Below, in pieces: positions 19,786-29,724 of a stretch of DNA of 64,000 bases. This DNA comes from Bacteroidota bacterium. Its GTDB lineage: Bacteria > Bacteroidota > Bacteroidia > Flavobacteriales > Flavobacteriaceae. Numbering within the stretch: position 1 is the stretch's first letter; every line of letters starts with the position of its first letter. Where the stretch lies: contig JAYTMQ010000055.1 of the NCBI GenBank assembly GCA_043728355.1, positions 16,937 to 80,936 of the forward strand, written 5' to 3'. The notes beneath the pieces are model-generated. The model ran no database searches and had not been told where the DNA came from. It was given only the letters and a program-made list of their open reading frames with translations. Made by a program: the position numbers and the translations under genes.

Positions 19786-22150
19786 AAATTTTATTCCAAA
19801 ACATTTTCAAAATAGATTCTTTTTTGTTTTGATTGCCATATCCGTAAGTGTAACCATAAGTATAGCCATATCCGTAACGTTTTTTCCAAGAAGAATCATT
19901 TAATAAAATTGACATATTAGGCAATTTTTTTTCTTGATAAAAAGTTTCTGCTGTTTCTAACAATCTTTTGTCTAAAAAGTTGGCTCTTGTAACATATATA
20001 AAAGCATCGGCATTTTTAGAAATAAGCAACGTATCTGTTACGAGACTAACTGGAGCTGTATCGACAACTATATAATCAAATTTTGTTTTTAATTCATCAA
20101 ACAATAAATTAACTTTTTTATTCATAAGAATTTCAACTGGATTTGGCGGAATAGTTCCGGCTGGCAAAACATATAGATTTTCAAAATCCTTTATTTTTAT
20201 AATGTAATCATTTATATTTTGTTCTTGTTTAGACAAATAATTCACTATTCCGGTTGGTGGCAAATCAAAATATTTATCGATTTGCGGATTTCGAATGTCT
20301 AATCCAATTAATAATACTTTTTTGTCAGATATTGCCATTGTACTTGCCAAGTTTACAGCCATAAATGTTTTGCCTTCTTTAGGAATAGTCGAGGTTAGAA
20401 AAATTGTTTTTGCTTTTTCGGGTGAAACATTACTTAAGAAAAATTCTAAATTTGTTCTTACAATTCGTATCGCTTCTGCTGTGCTAGATCGATCAGTAGA
20501 ATTAATTATTAAGTTGCTACTTTCGGATTTTGGAACATCGCCAATAAATGGTATCGAGGTTAACGACTCTATATCTTGACGGGTTTTTAATTTTGTGTCG
20601 AGTAATTTAATTAACAAAATGACACCTATTGGAATTATAAAACCTAAACCAAAAGCAATTAAATATATAATTTTTTTGTTAGGAGATACTGGAGTGCTAG
20701 AGAAAAGTGCTCCGTCAATAACTTTTGCATTTGGCGATGTTACCGCCATTGTAATTGCAGATTCTTCTCTTTTTTGCAACAAATATAAATAAAGACTTTC
20801 TTTAATTCTTTGTTGTCTTTCAATGATTCTTAATTCTCTAGAATGAGTTGGAATTAAAGCAATCTTGTTGTCTATATTACTAAGTTGTCTTTGCGCATCG
20901 ACTTTTCTAATGTTTAGATTTGTTTTAATTCTGGTTAAACTTTGCTTAATTGCAATTATCAAATCACTTGCTTTTTGATCTAAATTTTCGAGAAAAGAAC
21001 TTTTTTTGGTACCTTCTTTTATAACTCGATTTCTAGATAGAATAAGGTCATTGTATTCCGATATTAATTTGCCAGCACCACTCTCTGATTGAATAACATT
21101 AGAAGGTAATAAATCGCCATAATTAGAAGTTTTTACATATTCTAACAAGGTGTTGTTTATTTTTAATTCTGTATCAGTTTCGATAATAAATTTTTCTAAT
21201 TCGATTGAATTTTGAAGAAAAATATTTGATTCTGACTTTATATCTGTTACTTTATTAGTTTTTTTAAAACCTTCTTCACCTTCTTCAACATTGCCTAACT
21301 CTGTAGCTATTAATTTTATTCTATTTTCTATAAAGTCTATTGTTTTTCTAGATATATAGTTTTTATCCTCTATCGCATCTTCATTGTAAACTGCAATTAC
21401 TTCATTCAAGAAGTCTTGAGCTTTTTCTTTTATAGGATCATTCAAGTTTAATTCTAAAATACTTGTGTTTTTACCAAGTCCAATAATGTTAATTTTTGAT
21501 TTATAACCCAAAGTTACATCTAGAACTTTTGCAACTCTGACATTAATTGTCATATCGGTCAATGCTTTTTTGCTAGATTTTTTATAAACTACTAATTTGC
21601 TATTTGTAAGATTTATGATTGTGCCAAATTGATATTTACCAATTAATTTTTTACTAAAATCTAATAATTCGAAATTATTATTTAAAATGTTTTCTACATA
21701 ATAAGAATCATAATTGTTATAAAAACTGTCGTTTGTAGCTTCAAAAACACATTTAATTTGACAATCTTTATAATGCTCGATAGATTTCACTCGTCCTTCG
21801 GTAAAATAAGTTACATTAAAAGCAAGTTTTTTTATAACTTTTTCGACTAATGTTCTTGACTTCAAAATTTCTACTTCATTTTCTACATTACTTTTTACAG
21901 AAGACAGACCTAAGTCTGAAAAAGCACTTAATTCAGATTGAATACCACCACGTCTGTCGTCACGAACTAAAACAGTTGCTGATGCGCTGTACAATGGAAC
22001 AGAATAACGAAGATAAACAAATGCTATTGCCAATGCAAAAAATATACTTAGAACAATCCATTTCCAATGTATTAAAAATGCATCTAATTGTTCTTGAACG
22101 TTTAAATTTTGTTCTTTCTTCTCAGGAGATAATGATTGATATTGTTCCAT
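19775..22150 (-). CDS. wzc: Polysaccharide co-polymerase / BY-kinase
   Basis: Two TM helices, Walker A PKEGKT, DIRNP, VVDTAP, C-terminal Tyr cluster YGYGYTYGYTYGYG. Confidence 0.92.
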   Translation of the reverse strand: MEQYQSLSPEKKEQNLNVQEQLDAFLIHWKWIVLSIFFALAIAFVYLRYSVPLYSASATVLVRDDRRGGIQSELSAFSDLGLSSVKSNVENEVEILKSRTLVEKVIKKLAFNVTYFTEGRVKSIEHYKDCQIKCVFEATNDSFYNNYDSYYVENILNNNFELLDFSKKLIGKYQFGTIINLTNSKLVVYKKSSKKALTDMTINVRVAKVLDVTLGYKSKINIIGLGKNTSILELNLNDPIKEKAQDFLNEVIAVYNEDAIEDKNYISRKTIDFIENRIKLIATELGNVEEGEEGFKKTNKVTDIKSESNIFLQNSIELEKFIIETDTELKINNTLLEYVKTSNYGDLLPSNVIQSESGAGKLISEYNDLILSRNRVIKEGTKKSSFLENLDQKASDLIIAIKQSLTRIKTNLNIRKVDAQRQLSNIDNKIALIPTHSRELRIIERQQRIKESLYLYLLQKREESAITMAVTSPNAKVIDGALFSSTPVSPNKKIIYLIAFGLGFIIPIGVILLIKLLDTKLKTRQDIESLTSIPFIGDVPKSESSNLIINSTDRSSTAEAIRIVRTNLEFFLSNVSPEKAKTIFLTSTIPKEGKTFMAVNLASTMAISDKKVLLIGLDIRNPQIDKYFDLPPTGIVNYLSKQEQNINDYIIKIKDFENLYVLPAGTIPPNPVEILMNKKVNLLFDELKTKFDYIVVDTAPVSLVTDTLLISKNADAFIYVTRANFLDKRLLETAETFYQEKKLPNMSILLNDSSWKKRYGYGYTYGYTYGYGNQNKKESILKMFWNKIFKS

Positions 22151-22920
22151 TAATTTTTATTAATTATAAAAAAAGAAATAGTTAGAACAATGGATAATAT
22201 TGAAAGATACAATCCGGTTGACGCTCCAATTTTAGCACCGTTTACTTTTGTTTTATTTGGCTCAACATAAACCAAATCGTTTTGTTTCAAATAATAAAAG
22301 TCAGATTTCAAAAAATCAGAATTTGTAATATCTATTCTATTATATGACTTTTTTCCGTTTTCTTCTCTAATTATCAAAATATTATCACGTTTGCCATACA
22401 ATGTTAAATCGCCAGCTTGACTAATTGCTTCTAGCAAAGTTATTCTTTCGCTACTTACTTGAATTGAGCCTGATTTACCAACTTCTCCGAGCATTGTAAC
22501 TTTATAATTAACTATATTTAGATTTACCACAGGGTTTTTGAAATATTCAGAAATTTTTGTTACTAATAATTTGTTGGCAGCAGATTTTGTTAAACCGCCA
22601 AGTTGAACTTTTCCTAATACTGGAAAGTCGATATATCCGAGATGGTCTATTAAATAATTTTTTATAGATGATTGTTGACTTGAAGAAGATACTGTTTGAA
22701 GTTGTGGCAAATTAAATTGTAATGTTAATTCTGGATTTTCTGATGCAACAACAATACTCAACAAATCATTTGGTTCTAAAACAGGTTCGAAACTAGTTGA
22801 AAAAATTGGTTTTTGAGAATCTAAATCTGACATGTAAACAATTTGTTTTCTTGGCACACAAGATGTAAAGAAAAATAAAACGAATATAGATGTAATAATA
22901 TTTAAAAAAGTAAACTTCAT
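22150..22920 (-). CDS. wza: Polysaccharide export outer-membrane lipoprotein
   Basis: Lipobox FTSC, GYIDFPVLG, TLLEAISQAGD, D.VYVEPN. Confidence 0.9.
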   Translation of the reverse strand: MKFTFLNIITSIFVLFFFTSCVPRKQIVYMSDLDSQKPIFSTSFEPVLEPNDLLSIVVASENPELTLQFNLPQLQTVSSSSQQSSIKNYLIDHLGYIDFPVLGKVQLGGLTKSAANKLLVTKISEYFKNPVVNLNIVNYKVTMLGEVGKSGSIQVSSERITLLEAISQAGDLTLYGKRDNILIIREENGKKSYNRIDITNSDFLKSDFYYLKQNDLVYVEPNKTKVNGAKIGASTGLYLSILSIVLTISFFIINKN

Positions 22921-22939
22921 TTTGTTATTTTGTAATTTG

Positions 22940-22947
22940 CAAATGTA
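22940..22947 (-). promoter_or_regulatory. -7 element (TACATTTG) upstream of wza
   Basis: TAnnTTTG match 19 bp upstream of the ATG. Confidence 0.5.
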
Positions 22948-22971
22948 CTAAATTCATAATGACTTTTTAAA

Positions 22972-24924
22972 TCAATTGTCATTATCTAAATCTTCATAAA
23001 TAGAATTCTTACTAATAAATTCTGGTACAATACTTTTCATTTTAGAAACTATTTCGGCATTGGATATTTTTTTGGAGTTGATATTCAAATATAAAATAGT
23101 TTCGTTTATTATATCAAAATCTTCAAATACATCTTGGGCTATTAGAATTTTTTCGTTGTAAGTTGGCAATGTTTTAGAAGAATCTGTTAATAATTCTTCA
23201 TATAATTTTTCGCCTGGACGCAAACCGATAATTTCTATTTTTATTTCTTTATCAGGAATTTTACCTGCTAGTTTTATCATTTTATTAGCCAAATCTAAAA
23301 TCTTTACAGGTTCGCCCATATCAAATATATAGATTTCGCCACCATTTCCCATTGTTCCAGCTTCTAGTACCAACTGACAAGCTTCTGGAATAGTCATAAA
23401 ATATCTAATAATTTCAGGATGAGTGATTGTTAATGGTCCACCGTCTTGTATTTGTTTTGTAAAAAGCGGCACAATTGAACCATTAGAACCCAAAACATTG
23501 CCAAATCTTGTGGTGATAAATTTGGTACAATTATCAAAATTTTCATTTTTGATTTTAAAATACAATGATTGAACATATTTTTCGGCAATTCTCTTACTTG
23601 CACCCATCACATTACTCGGGTTTACAGCTTTGTCGGTCGAAATCATTACAAATCTATCTACCTTATATTTTTGAGATAAATCTGAAAGGTTTTTTGTGCC
23701 AACTATATTTGTATAAACGGCTTGAATTGGGTTTTCTTCTACTATTGGAACGTGTTTGTAAGCAGCTGCATGATAAACAATATCTGGTTGAAAAGTCTTG
23801 AAAATATTTTCAAGTGAATCAAAATCTCTAATATCTGCCAAAACATTTCTAATTTTTATATTTGAATTAGCATTTTTTAATTCTAATCTTAAATTATGCA
23901 AAGGTGTTTCTGCTTGGTCTAAAATAATAATTTTTTTTGGTTGAAACAAAAAAACCTGTCTTGTTATTTCACTTCCAATAGAACCTGCAGCACCTGTTAT
24001 CAAAATTGTTTTGCCTTTTAATTGATTTGATATTTTGTCTTTATCTAATTCTATAGGTTTTCGATTTAATAAATCTTCAATTTGAAAATTGGTAACTTTT
24101 TTAGAAATTAGTTTACTATCTGTCCAATTTGTAATTACTGGCACAGTAAAAACCTTAATTTCGTTTTCTAGACATTCTTCAACAATATCAATTCTTTCTG
24201 ATTTTGTTAAATCTTTTTCAGCTATAATTAAATCATTCGAATTGAATGATTTTAGTATCGATGGTAACGATTTATTGTGATTTATTATTGGTAGATTTAA
24301 AATTCTTTTTGATGTATTATCAGTTTTTTGCTTGTCAATAAAGCCTACTAATTTGAATCTTGCAGGATTTTCGGTTTTTAACGCATTAGCTACAGAAATT
24401 GCATTAGCATCTGAACCATATATTACTGTATTTAATAAATCTAGATTATTTAGATTCAAAGCATAAATTTCGAATAAATATTTGACTAAAATTCTAAACA
24501 AAAAAAGCAATAAAAAAGAAACTACATAACCAACAAATAAACTGGTTGATAGATATATTTTTTGGTCATAATAAAAATAATAAACATAATTAAAAAACAG
24601 TAAAAACATAAAAGAACAAGATGTAGAAAACAATAATTTAACACCATCAATAAAAGTAGAATGTCTAATTATTCCAGAATATGTTCTAAAAAAAACAAAA
24701 AACAATCCATTAACAAATAAAATTATTGCTAACCTTGCAGCTACATTTAAATGGTTATAAAAAGTTACTGTTAAGCCACTTATAATAAAAAAGGTAATTA
24801 AACTTGACAATAAAACAATAAATAAATCAATCATAAAAATTATCCATCGGGGTAAATAACCCAAATTTATAATTTTTTTTGTCAAAAAATTATTCATTAA
24901 AAATTGTGAAATTTTTCTTTGCAT
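22972..24924 (-). CDS. Membrane-bound UDP-GlcNAc 4,6-dehydratase (CapD/PglF/WbpM family)
   Basis: Four N-terminal TMs, TGAAGSIGSE, HAAAYKHVP, STDKAVNP, RFGNVLGSNGS, GLRPGEKLYEEL. Confidence 0.92.
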   Translation of the reverse strand: MQRKISQFLMNNFLTKKIINLGYLPRWIIFMIDLFIVLLSSLITFFIISGLTVTFYNHLNVAARLAIILFVNGLFFVFFRTYSGIIRHSTFIDGVKLLFSTSCSFMFLLFFNYVYYFYYDQKIYLSTSLFVGYVVSFLLLFLFRILVKYLFEIYALNLNNLDLLNTVIYGSDANAISVANALKTENPARFKLVGFIDKQKTDNTSKRILNLPIINHNKSLPSILKSFNSNDLIIAEKDLTKSERIDIVEECLENEIKVFTVPVITNWTDSKLISKKVTNFQIEDLLNRKPIELDKDKISNQLKGKTILITGAAGSIGSEITRQVFLFQPKKIIILDQAETPLHNLRLELKNANSNIKIRNVLADIRDFDSLENIFKTFQPDIVYHAAAYKHVPIVEENPIQAVYTNIVGTKNLSDLSQKYKVDRFVMISTDKAVNPSNVMGASKRIAEKYVQSLYFKIKNENFDNCTKFITTRFGNVLGSNGSIVPLFTKQIQDGGPLTITHPEIIRYFMTIPEACQLVLEAGTMGNGGEIYIFDMGEPVKILDLANKMIKLAGKIPDKEIKIEIIGLRPGEKLYEELLTDSSKTLPTYNEKILIAQDVFEDFDIINETILYLNINSKKISNAEIVSKMKSIVPEFISKNSIYEDLDNDN

Positions 24925-24940
24925 TTGTTAATTATTAAAG

Positions 24941-24948
24941 CAAATATA
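24941..24948 (-). promoter_or_regulatory. -7 element (TATATTTG) upstream of the CapD-like gene
   Basis: TAnnTTTG match 16 bp upstream of the ATG. Confidence 0.5.
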
Positions 24949-25005
24949 AGTTTTAAATTAACTCTAAATGTTAAATTATTTGAATAGAGAACTTTAAGTT
25001 AAATA

Positions 25006-26145
25006 TTATTTAAAAAAAACGTCGAAAACACTAATTATTCTCAATTTTTCTAAATCAGTTAAATTAGAACCTGATGGCAAACACAAGCCGTTTTTAAATA
25101 AATTTTCGCAAATATTTATACCATAAAAAGGGTATTTTTCGAAAACTGGTTGCAAATGCATCGGTTTCCATAATGGTCGAGATTCAATGTTCTCTTTTTC
25201 GAGTTCCAATCGCAAATCTTCGCGGTTTTTTCCATTGAATTTTTCTGGATTTACAATGATTGCAGATAACCAATAATTAGAAAAATAATCTTGATTTGGT
25301 TCGCAAAAAACATCTATTCCGTTAATTTCTTGAAAATAATCGACATAAAAATGGTGCATTTTTCTTCTAGCTTCTACTCTATTTTCTATAACTTGCATTT
25401 GTCCACGACCAATTCCAGCACAAACATTGCTTAGTCTATAATTATATCCAATTTCTGAATGTTGATAATGTGGTGCATTGTCTCTAGCTTGTGTAGCTAA
25501 AAAAATTGCTTTTTCTTTTAATTCTTTAGTTTTGGTTACAATTGCACCACCGCTTGATGTTGTAATAATTTTGTTTCCGTTGAAAGATAAAACGCCTATT
25601 TCTCCAAAAGTGCCACATTTCCTTCCTTTATATAAACTTCCTAATGCTTCTGCGCTGTCTTCTAAAACCGGGATTTCATATTTTCTAGAAATTTCTAAAA
25701 TTTCATCAACTTTAAAAGGCATTCCATATAAATGAACTGCAATTATCACTTTTGGCTTTTTTCCTTTTGCTATTCGATCAATTATTGCGTTTTCTAATGC
25801 AATCGGACAAATATTCCAAGTTTCTGGTTCGCTATCAATAAAAATTGGTGTTGCTCCTTGATAAATAATTGGATTTGCAGTTGCCGAAAACGTAAAACTT
25901 TGACATAAAACTTCGTCTCCAGCTTTTACATTTAATAAAATTAATCCTAAATGAATGGCTGCAGTTCCAGAACTCAAAGCAGCAATATGGCAATTTTCAG
26001 ATAGAAAAGATTCTAAATCTTGTTCAAAACCTGTAACATTTGGTCCAAGTGGCGCAACCCAATTAGTCTCAAATGCTTCGTTTACAAACTGTTGCTCATT
26101 TCCGCCCATGTGTGGTGACGAAAGCCAAATTTTTTGATTGTTCAT
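25006..26145 (-). CDS. PglE/EpsN-like UDP-4-keto-sugar aminotransferase (DegT family)
   Basis: WLSSPHM, APLGP, SSGTAAIHL, EDSAEALG, SFNGNKIITTSSGG, GYNYR, SRPLWKPMH, CLPSG. Confidence 0.9.
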   Translation of the reverse strand: MNNQKIWLSSPHMGGNEQQFVNEAFETNWVAPLGPNVTGFEQDLESFLSENCHIAALSSGTAAIHLGLILLNVKAGDEVLCQSFTFSATANPIIYQGATPIFIDSEPETWNICPIALENAIIDRIAKGKKPKVIIAVHLYGMPFKVDEILEISRKYEIPVLEDSAEALGSLYKGRKCGTFGEIGVLSFNGNKIITTSSGGAIVTKTKELKEKAIFLATQARDNAPHYQHSEIGYNYRLSNVCAGIGRGQMQVIENRVEARRKMHHFYVDYFQEINGIDVFCEPNQDYFSNYWLSAIIVNPEKFNGKNREDLRLELEKENIESRPLWKPMHLQPVFEKYPFYGINICENLFKNGLCLPSGSNLTDLEKLRIISVFDVFFK

Positions 26146-26178
26146 TTTAAAAATATTATATTTTATTATTCAAAATGT

Positions 26179-27318
26179 TTATAGGATTTTATTTGACCAA
26201 AGGCGCTCTAAAAAAATTTTCCATGGCAATACGGTTACATTTCCTATAATTCTTTCAAGAGGATCGTTGCTTACAATTATTAATTTTTTTACTGAATATT
26301 CTTCTGCAAAACTTTTTAATCCTTTTAAATGTCTTGATTGAACATTATTAGTTGCTTTAATTTCGAGAGCAACTTCGTGGTCGCCTAAAATAAAATCGAC
26401 TTCAATTTGTGAGGTTGTTCGCCAATACGAAATTGCATATTCTTGCCCAGAATAATTACTGTGAGCATACAATTCTTGATAAATAAAATGTTCGAAAGCA
26501 TTTCCAAATGCTTCACTTCCAAATTCTATTTTTCCTCTTTTTAACAAATAATTTGCAATTCCGACATCAAAATAATAAAATTTTGGGGCAACAATAACTT
26601 TTCGTTTTGGTTTCTTTTGAAACGAAGGTACAAATCTACCAATTAATGTGTCCTCTAAAATCTGAAAATAATCTTTAATCGTAGTTGCGCTAACGCCACA
26701 ATCAGATGCAACGTTGGTGTAATTAACCATTTCGCCATTCGAAAAAGCGGCGGCATCTAAAAATTTAGTAAAAGCATTTATATTCCTGATTTTGGCTTCT
26801 GCAATAATTTCGTCTCTCAAATAATTGCCAATATAAGCTGAAATTAATTTTTTTGGATTTTCTGATAAATAATGTCTTGGCAACAAACCATTATTCAAAG
26901 CTTTTAACAAATCGAAATCTGGAATTTCTGATTGAATTAGCGGATACAATTCATAGCGAAGTGCACGACCACCAAGCAAGTTTGTTCCTGATCTAATAAT
27001 TTTTCTTGGACTTGAACCACTCAGTATAAAACGGTTTTTATTATTAACAATCAACCAATGAATTTCATCTAACAATGATGGAATTTTTTGTATTTCGTCG
27101 ACAATAACAACAGTTTCTTGAGCGATTGCTAAAACGGCTTCTCTAAATTGATGCGGATTTTTTTGATAACGTTCAAAAACATCAGACTTTAATAAATCAA
27201 AAAACAAAGCATTTGGAAAAAGTTCTTTTAACAATGTACTTTTTCCAGTTTGCCGAGCTCCCCATAAAAAAAGACTTTCATTTCCTGAATCTATTAATAT
27301 TTGTTTTCTATTAAACAT
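26179..27318 (-). CDS. AAA_14-type ATPase with wHTH and DUF4143 (PD-(D/E)xK-like) C-terminus; ATPase-1
   Basis: Walker A GARQTGKS, Walker B VIVDEIQ, SGSS, HTH NYTNVASDCGVSATTIKDY, KFYYFDVG, EVDF...ALEIK. Confidence 0.88.
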   Translation of the reverse strand: MFNRKQILIDSGNESLFLWGARQTGKSTLLKELFPNALFFDLLKSDVFERYQKNPHQFREAVLAIAQETVVIVDEIQKIPSLLDEIHWLIVNNKNRFILSGSSPRKIIRSGTNLLGGRALRYELYPLIQSEIPDFDLLKALNNGLLPRHYLSENPKKLISAYIGNYLRDEIIAEAKIRNINAFTKFLDAAAFSNGEMVNYTNVASDCGVSATTIKDYFQILEDTLIGRFVPSFQKKPKRKVIVAPKFYYFDVGIANYLLKRGKIEFGSEAFGNAFEHFIYQELYAHSNYSGQEYAISYWRTTSQIEVDFILGDHEVALEIKATNNVQSRHLKGLKSFAEEYSVKKLIIVSNDPLERIIGNVTVLPWKIFLERLWSNKIL

Positions 27319-27382
27319 TTTTAAATAAATTATTATAAATCAATACTTTATGAATTTTAAAAATATAAAAATTCAAACTTGT

Positions 27383-27475
27383 ACTTGAGATTTTAATGTT
27401 AATTGAAAGTATAACTTGAGATTATAATAAAATTACAAAGTACTACTTGACATTATTATAAAATTATACAAGTAC
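27383..27475. repeat. Three degenerate tandem repeats, 31-bp period, upstream of ATPase-1
   Basis: ACTTGA recurs at 27383, 27414 and 27445. Units: ACTTGAGATTTTAATGTTAATTGAAAGT, ACTTGAGATTATAATAAAATTACAAAGT, ACTTGACATTATTATAAAATTATACAAGT. Confidence 0.8.
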
Positions 27476-27482
27476 AAATATA
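27475..27482 (-). promoter_or_regulatory. -7 element (TATATTTG) for ATPase-1, abutting the repeat array
   Basis: caaatata on the + strand is TAnnTTTG on the - strand. Confidence 0.5.
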
Positions 27483-27511
27483 TTAAAAATTAATAAAAAT
27501 AATCTAAATAA

Positions 27512-28057
27512 TTATCTAAAAATTGTTTTAAAAATTATTTTTAAATCTAGCAGTAAAGATTGATTGTAATAATATTCCAAGTTCATTTTTACTTTATCGG
27601 GAAAAATAATAGTATCGTTATATTGCAATTGATTTTGTTGATGAGACAAAATTTCGTCTTCATTTGCATATTTAATCGATGCCAATGAGGTTAAACCAGG
27701 TTTTAGATTTAGTATTTTTTTATTTTCGCCTTCTAGTTTATCATAATAACCAGCAATGTCTGGTCTTGGCCCAACAAAACTCATATCGCCAACTAGAATA
27801 TTTACAAACTGTGGCAACTCGTCAATTTTGTTTTTTCTGATAAACTTTCCGAATTTAGAAATAAAATCAGAATTGTTTTGAATGGATTTTAACTTAAAAA
27901 TTTTAAATTTTTTCCCAAATTGTCCAATTCTTTCTTGGTTAAAAAGTCCATTTGATTTGGTATCAATTGAGGCTACTATCCAAAATAAAAAAATAAATAT
28001 TCCCAAAAAAAGTAAAGCTAAAATAGAAAAAGAAAGGTCAAAAAGTCGTTTTGTCAT
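27512..28057 (-). CDS. Monotopic phosphoglycosyl transferase (bacterial sugar transferase, PglC-like)
   Basis: KRLFD, QERIG, KIDELPQFVNILVGDMSFVGPRP, KPGLT. Confidence 0.9.
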   Translation of the reverse strand: MTKRLFDLSFSILALLFLGIFIFLFWIVASIDTKSNGLFNQERIGQFGKKFKIFKLKSIQNNSDFISKFGKFIRKNKIDELPQFVNILVGDMSFVGPRPDIAGYYDKLEGENKKILNLKPGLTSLASIKYANEDEILSHQQNQLQYNDTIIFPDKVKMNLEYYYNQSLLLDLKIIFKTIFR

Positions 28058-28076
28058 TATTAGAATTTCAATTTAT

Positions 28077-28718
28077 TTATGAAATAAAAATCAGAATTTC
28101 ATAAAGATTAGCTATTGTATTGTTTGGTAAATATAACAATTCTAAATCAAAATTTTGTTGATGAATATTTCGCCCATTGTCTAACAAACAAATTGTTTGC
28201 CAACCCAATCGATTTGGAGCAACAAAATCTTTGTGAGTATTATCAGCAATATAAAAATATTTTTGTGTTTGAAACTGATGAAAAATTTCAAAATTATTTA
28301 AATTTGGTTTTTCTGAACCAAACTCTTCTGAAATGATTATCAAATCGAATAAATTTTCGATATCTAAAGCTTTCAATTTGTTGCGTTGTGTTACAGAAAA
28401 TCCATCGGAAATAAGTCCTAATTTATAACCTTTTTGTTTTAAATCAATCAGCAACTGTCGATTTTTGGATTTTGAATCAAAATTCGGAAAATGATTTCTG
28501 TAAATATTTTTCAAATCTTGAATTGCAAAATTAGAATATTTTATTTGAATTTTTTCGAAAACATTTTGTTTGCCACAATACCAATCTAACATTTGATTGT
28601 AAAGATTTGAATTATTTGAATCTACAAAATTTGCTATTTCTTGAAAAGCCGATTTCAAAAAATCTATTTCTTTGACAATTGTATCATCTAAATCAAAAAC
28701 AATAGTGCAATCATTCAT
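28077..28718 (-). CDS. HAD-family hydrolase
   Basis: VFDLDDT, ISDG, EKP, IADN..KDF..PN..GW. Confidence 0.88.
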   Translation of the reverse strand: MNDCTIVFDLDDTIVKEIDFLKSAFQEIANFVDSNNSNLYNQMLDWYCGKQNVFEKIQIKYSNFAIQDLKNIYRNHFPNFDSKSKNRQLLIDLKQKGYKLGLISDGFSVTQRNKLKALDIENLFDLIIISEEFGSEKPNLNNFEIFHQFQTQKYFYIADNTHKDFVAPNRLGWQTICLLDNGRNIHQQNFDLELLYLPNNTIANLYEILIFIS

Positions 28719-28721
28719 TGT

Positions 28722-29690
28722 TTATAGTTTAAAATTGCGAACCAAAACTTCGTCATCATAGCGCAACATCATTAAGTTTTTCTCCCAGTCTTGAAAAATT
28801 TCAATTGGTTGATTTAGCAAATATTCTTCAATAATCCATTTTACAAAATTGGCTCCAGCCAAATAACTCAACGGAAATCCACCGCCAAATCTAGGATTTA
28901 TTTCTATTCCATAAATATTATTTGTATTGTTGTTTACAAAAATTTGCAAAGTAATACACCCTCTAAATCCTGCTACAAATTGTAATTTATTCCAGATTTC
29001 ATCGTTAAATTTTTCTAATTTTGTGATGGCTTTATTAACTTCTCCATCACGAATTTCGAGTCTTTGCCTTGGCACCAAACATTTCAACTTGCTGTTTTTG
29101 TCATAATACATATCGATTGTAAATTCGGTGTGTTTAGAATGATCTAGATATTCAAGAAACATTAATTTTTCGTTTTCTAAATGATAATCAGTTAATTGCT
29201 CATTTTTAAAAATCGTGTAATTATCAACACTTCTACTGCCGTCAATTGGTTTTATGTAAATTGGAAATTCGTAATTGGTTTTATCAAATTCTTTGGCACA
29301 ATTAATATTGTATTTCTCAAAAAAATCGTGTGTTAATCGTTTATTTCTGAAAACTTCTATGGTTTCAAAATCAGAAATTACTACTTCTATATTGTTATTT
29401 TTAAATAATTGAATATTTTTAGACAAAACCAAAAGCTCTGTATCGATTGTCGGAATTAGGATTTTAATTTTGTTTTCAATACAAATTTCTATTAAACTTA
29501 GAACATAATTAGCATCCGTAACGCGGCAAATGCTAAAAAAACCATCAGAAATATTGCATGCCGAAGATAATTCTGGATTAAAATCGGTTGTAAAAACTTT
29601 TGCATCAATAAAAATTTTCTTCAATTCTATTTTGAAAAATTTGATTAAAGAAACGCGCCTTCCTGCCGATGTTATTAGGATGTTATTCAT
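28722..29690 (-). CDS. ATP-grasp domain protein (carbamoyl-phosphate-synthase-like, polysaccharide-associated)
   Basis: ILITSAGRR, LIPTIDTEL, IKPIDGSRS, EYL..EFTID, EINPRFGGG, MMLRYD. Confidence 0.85.
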   Translation of the reverse strand: MNNILITSAGRRVSLIKFFKIELKKIFIDAKVFTTDFNPELSSACNISDGFFSICRVTDANYVLSLIEICIENKIKILIPTIDTELLVLSKNIQLFKNNNIEVVISDFETIEVFRNKRLTHDFFEKYNINCAKEFDKTNYEFPIYIKPIDGSRSVDNYTIFKNEQLTDYHLENEKLMFLEYLDHSKHTEFTIDMYYDKNSKLKCLVPRQRLEIRDGEVNKAITKLEKFNDEIWNKLQFVAGFRGCITLQIFVNNNTNNIYGIEINPRFGGGFPLSYLAGANFVKWIIEEYLLNQPIEIFQDWEKNLMMLRYDDEVLVRNFKL

Positions 29691-29724
29691 TTTTTTTATT
29701 TATTCTATTTCTAATTTTTATTTA

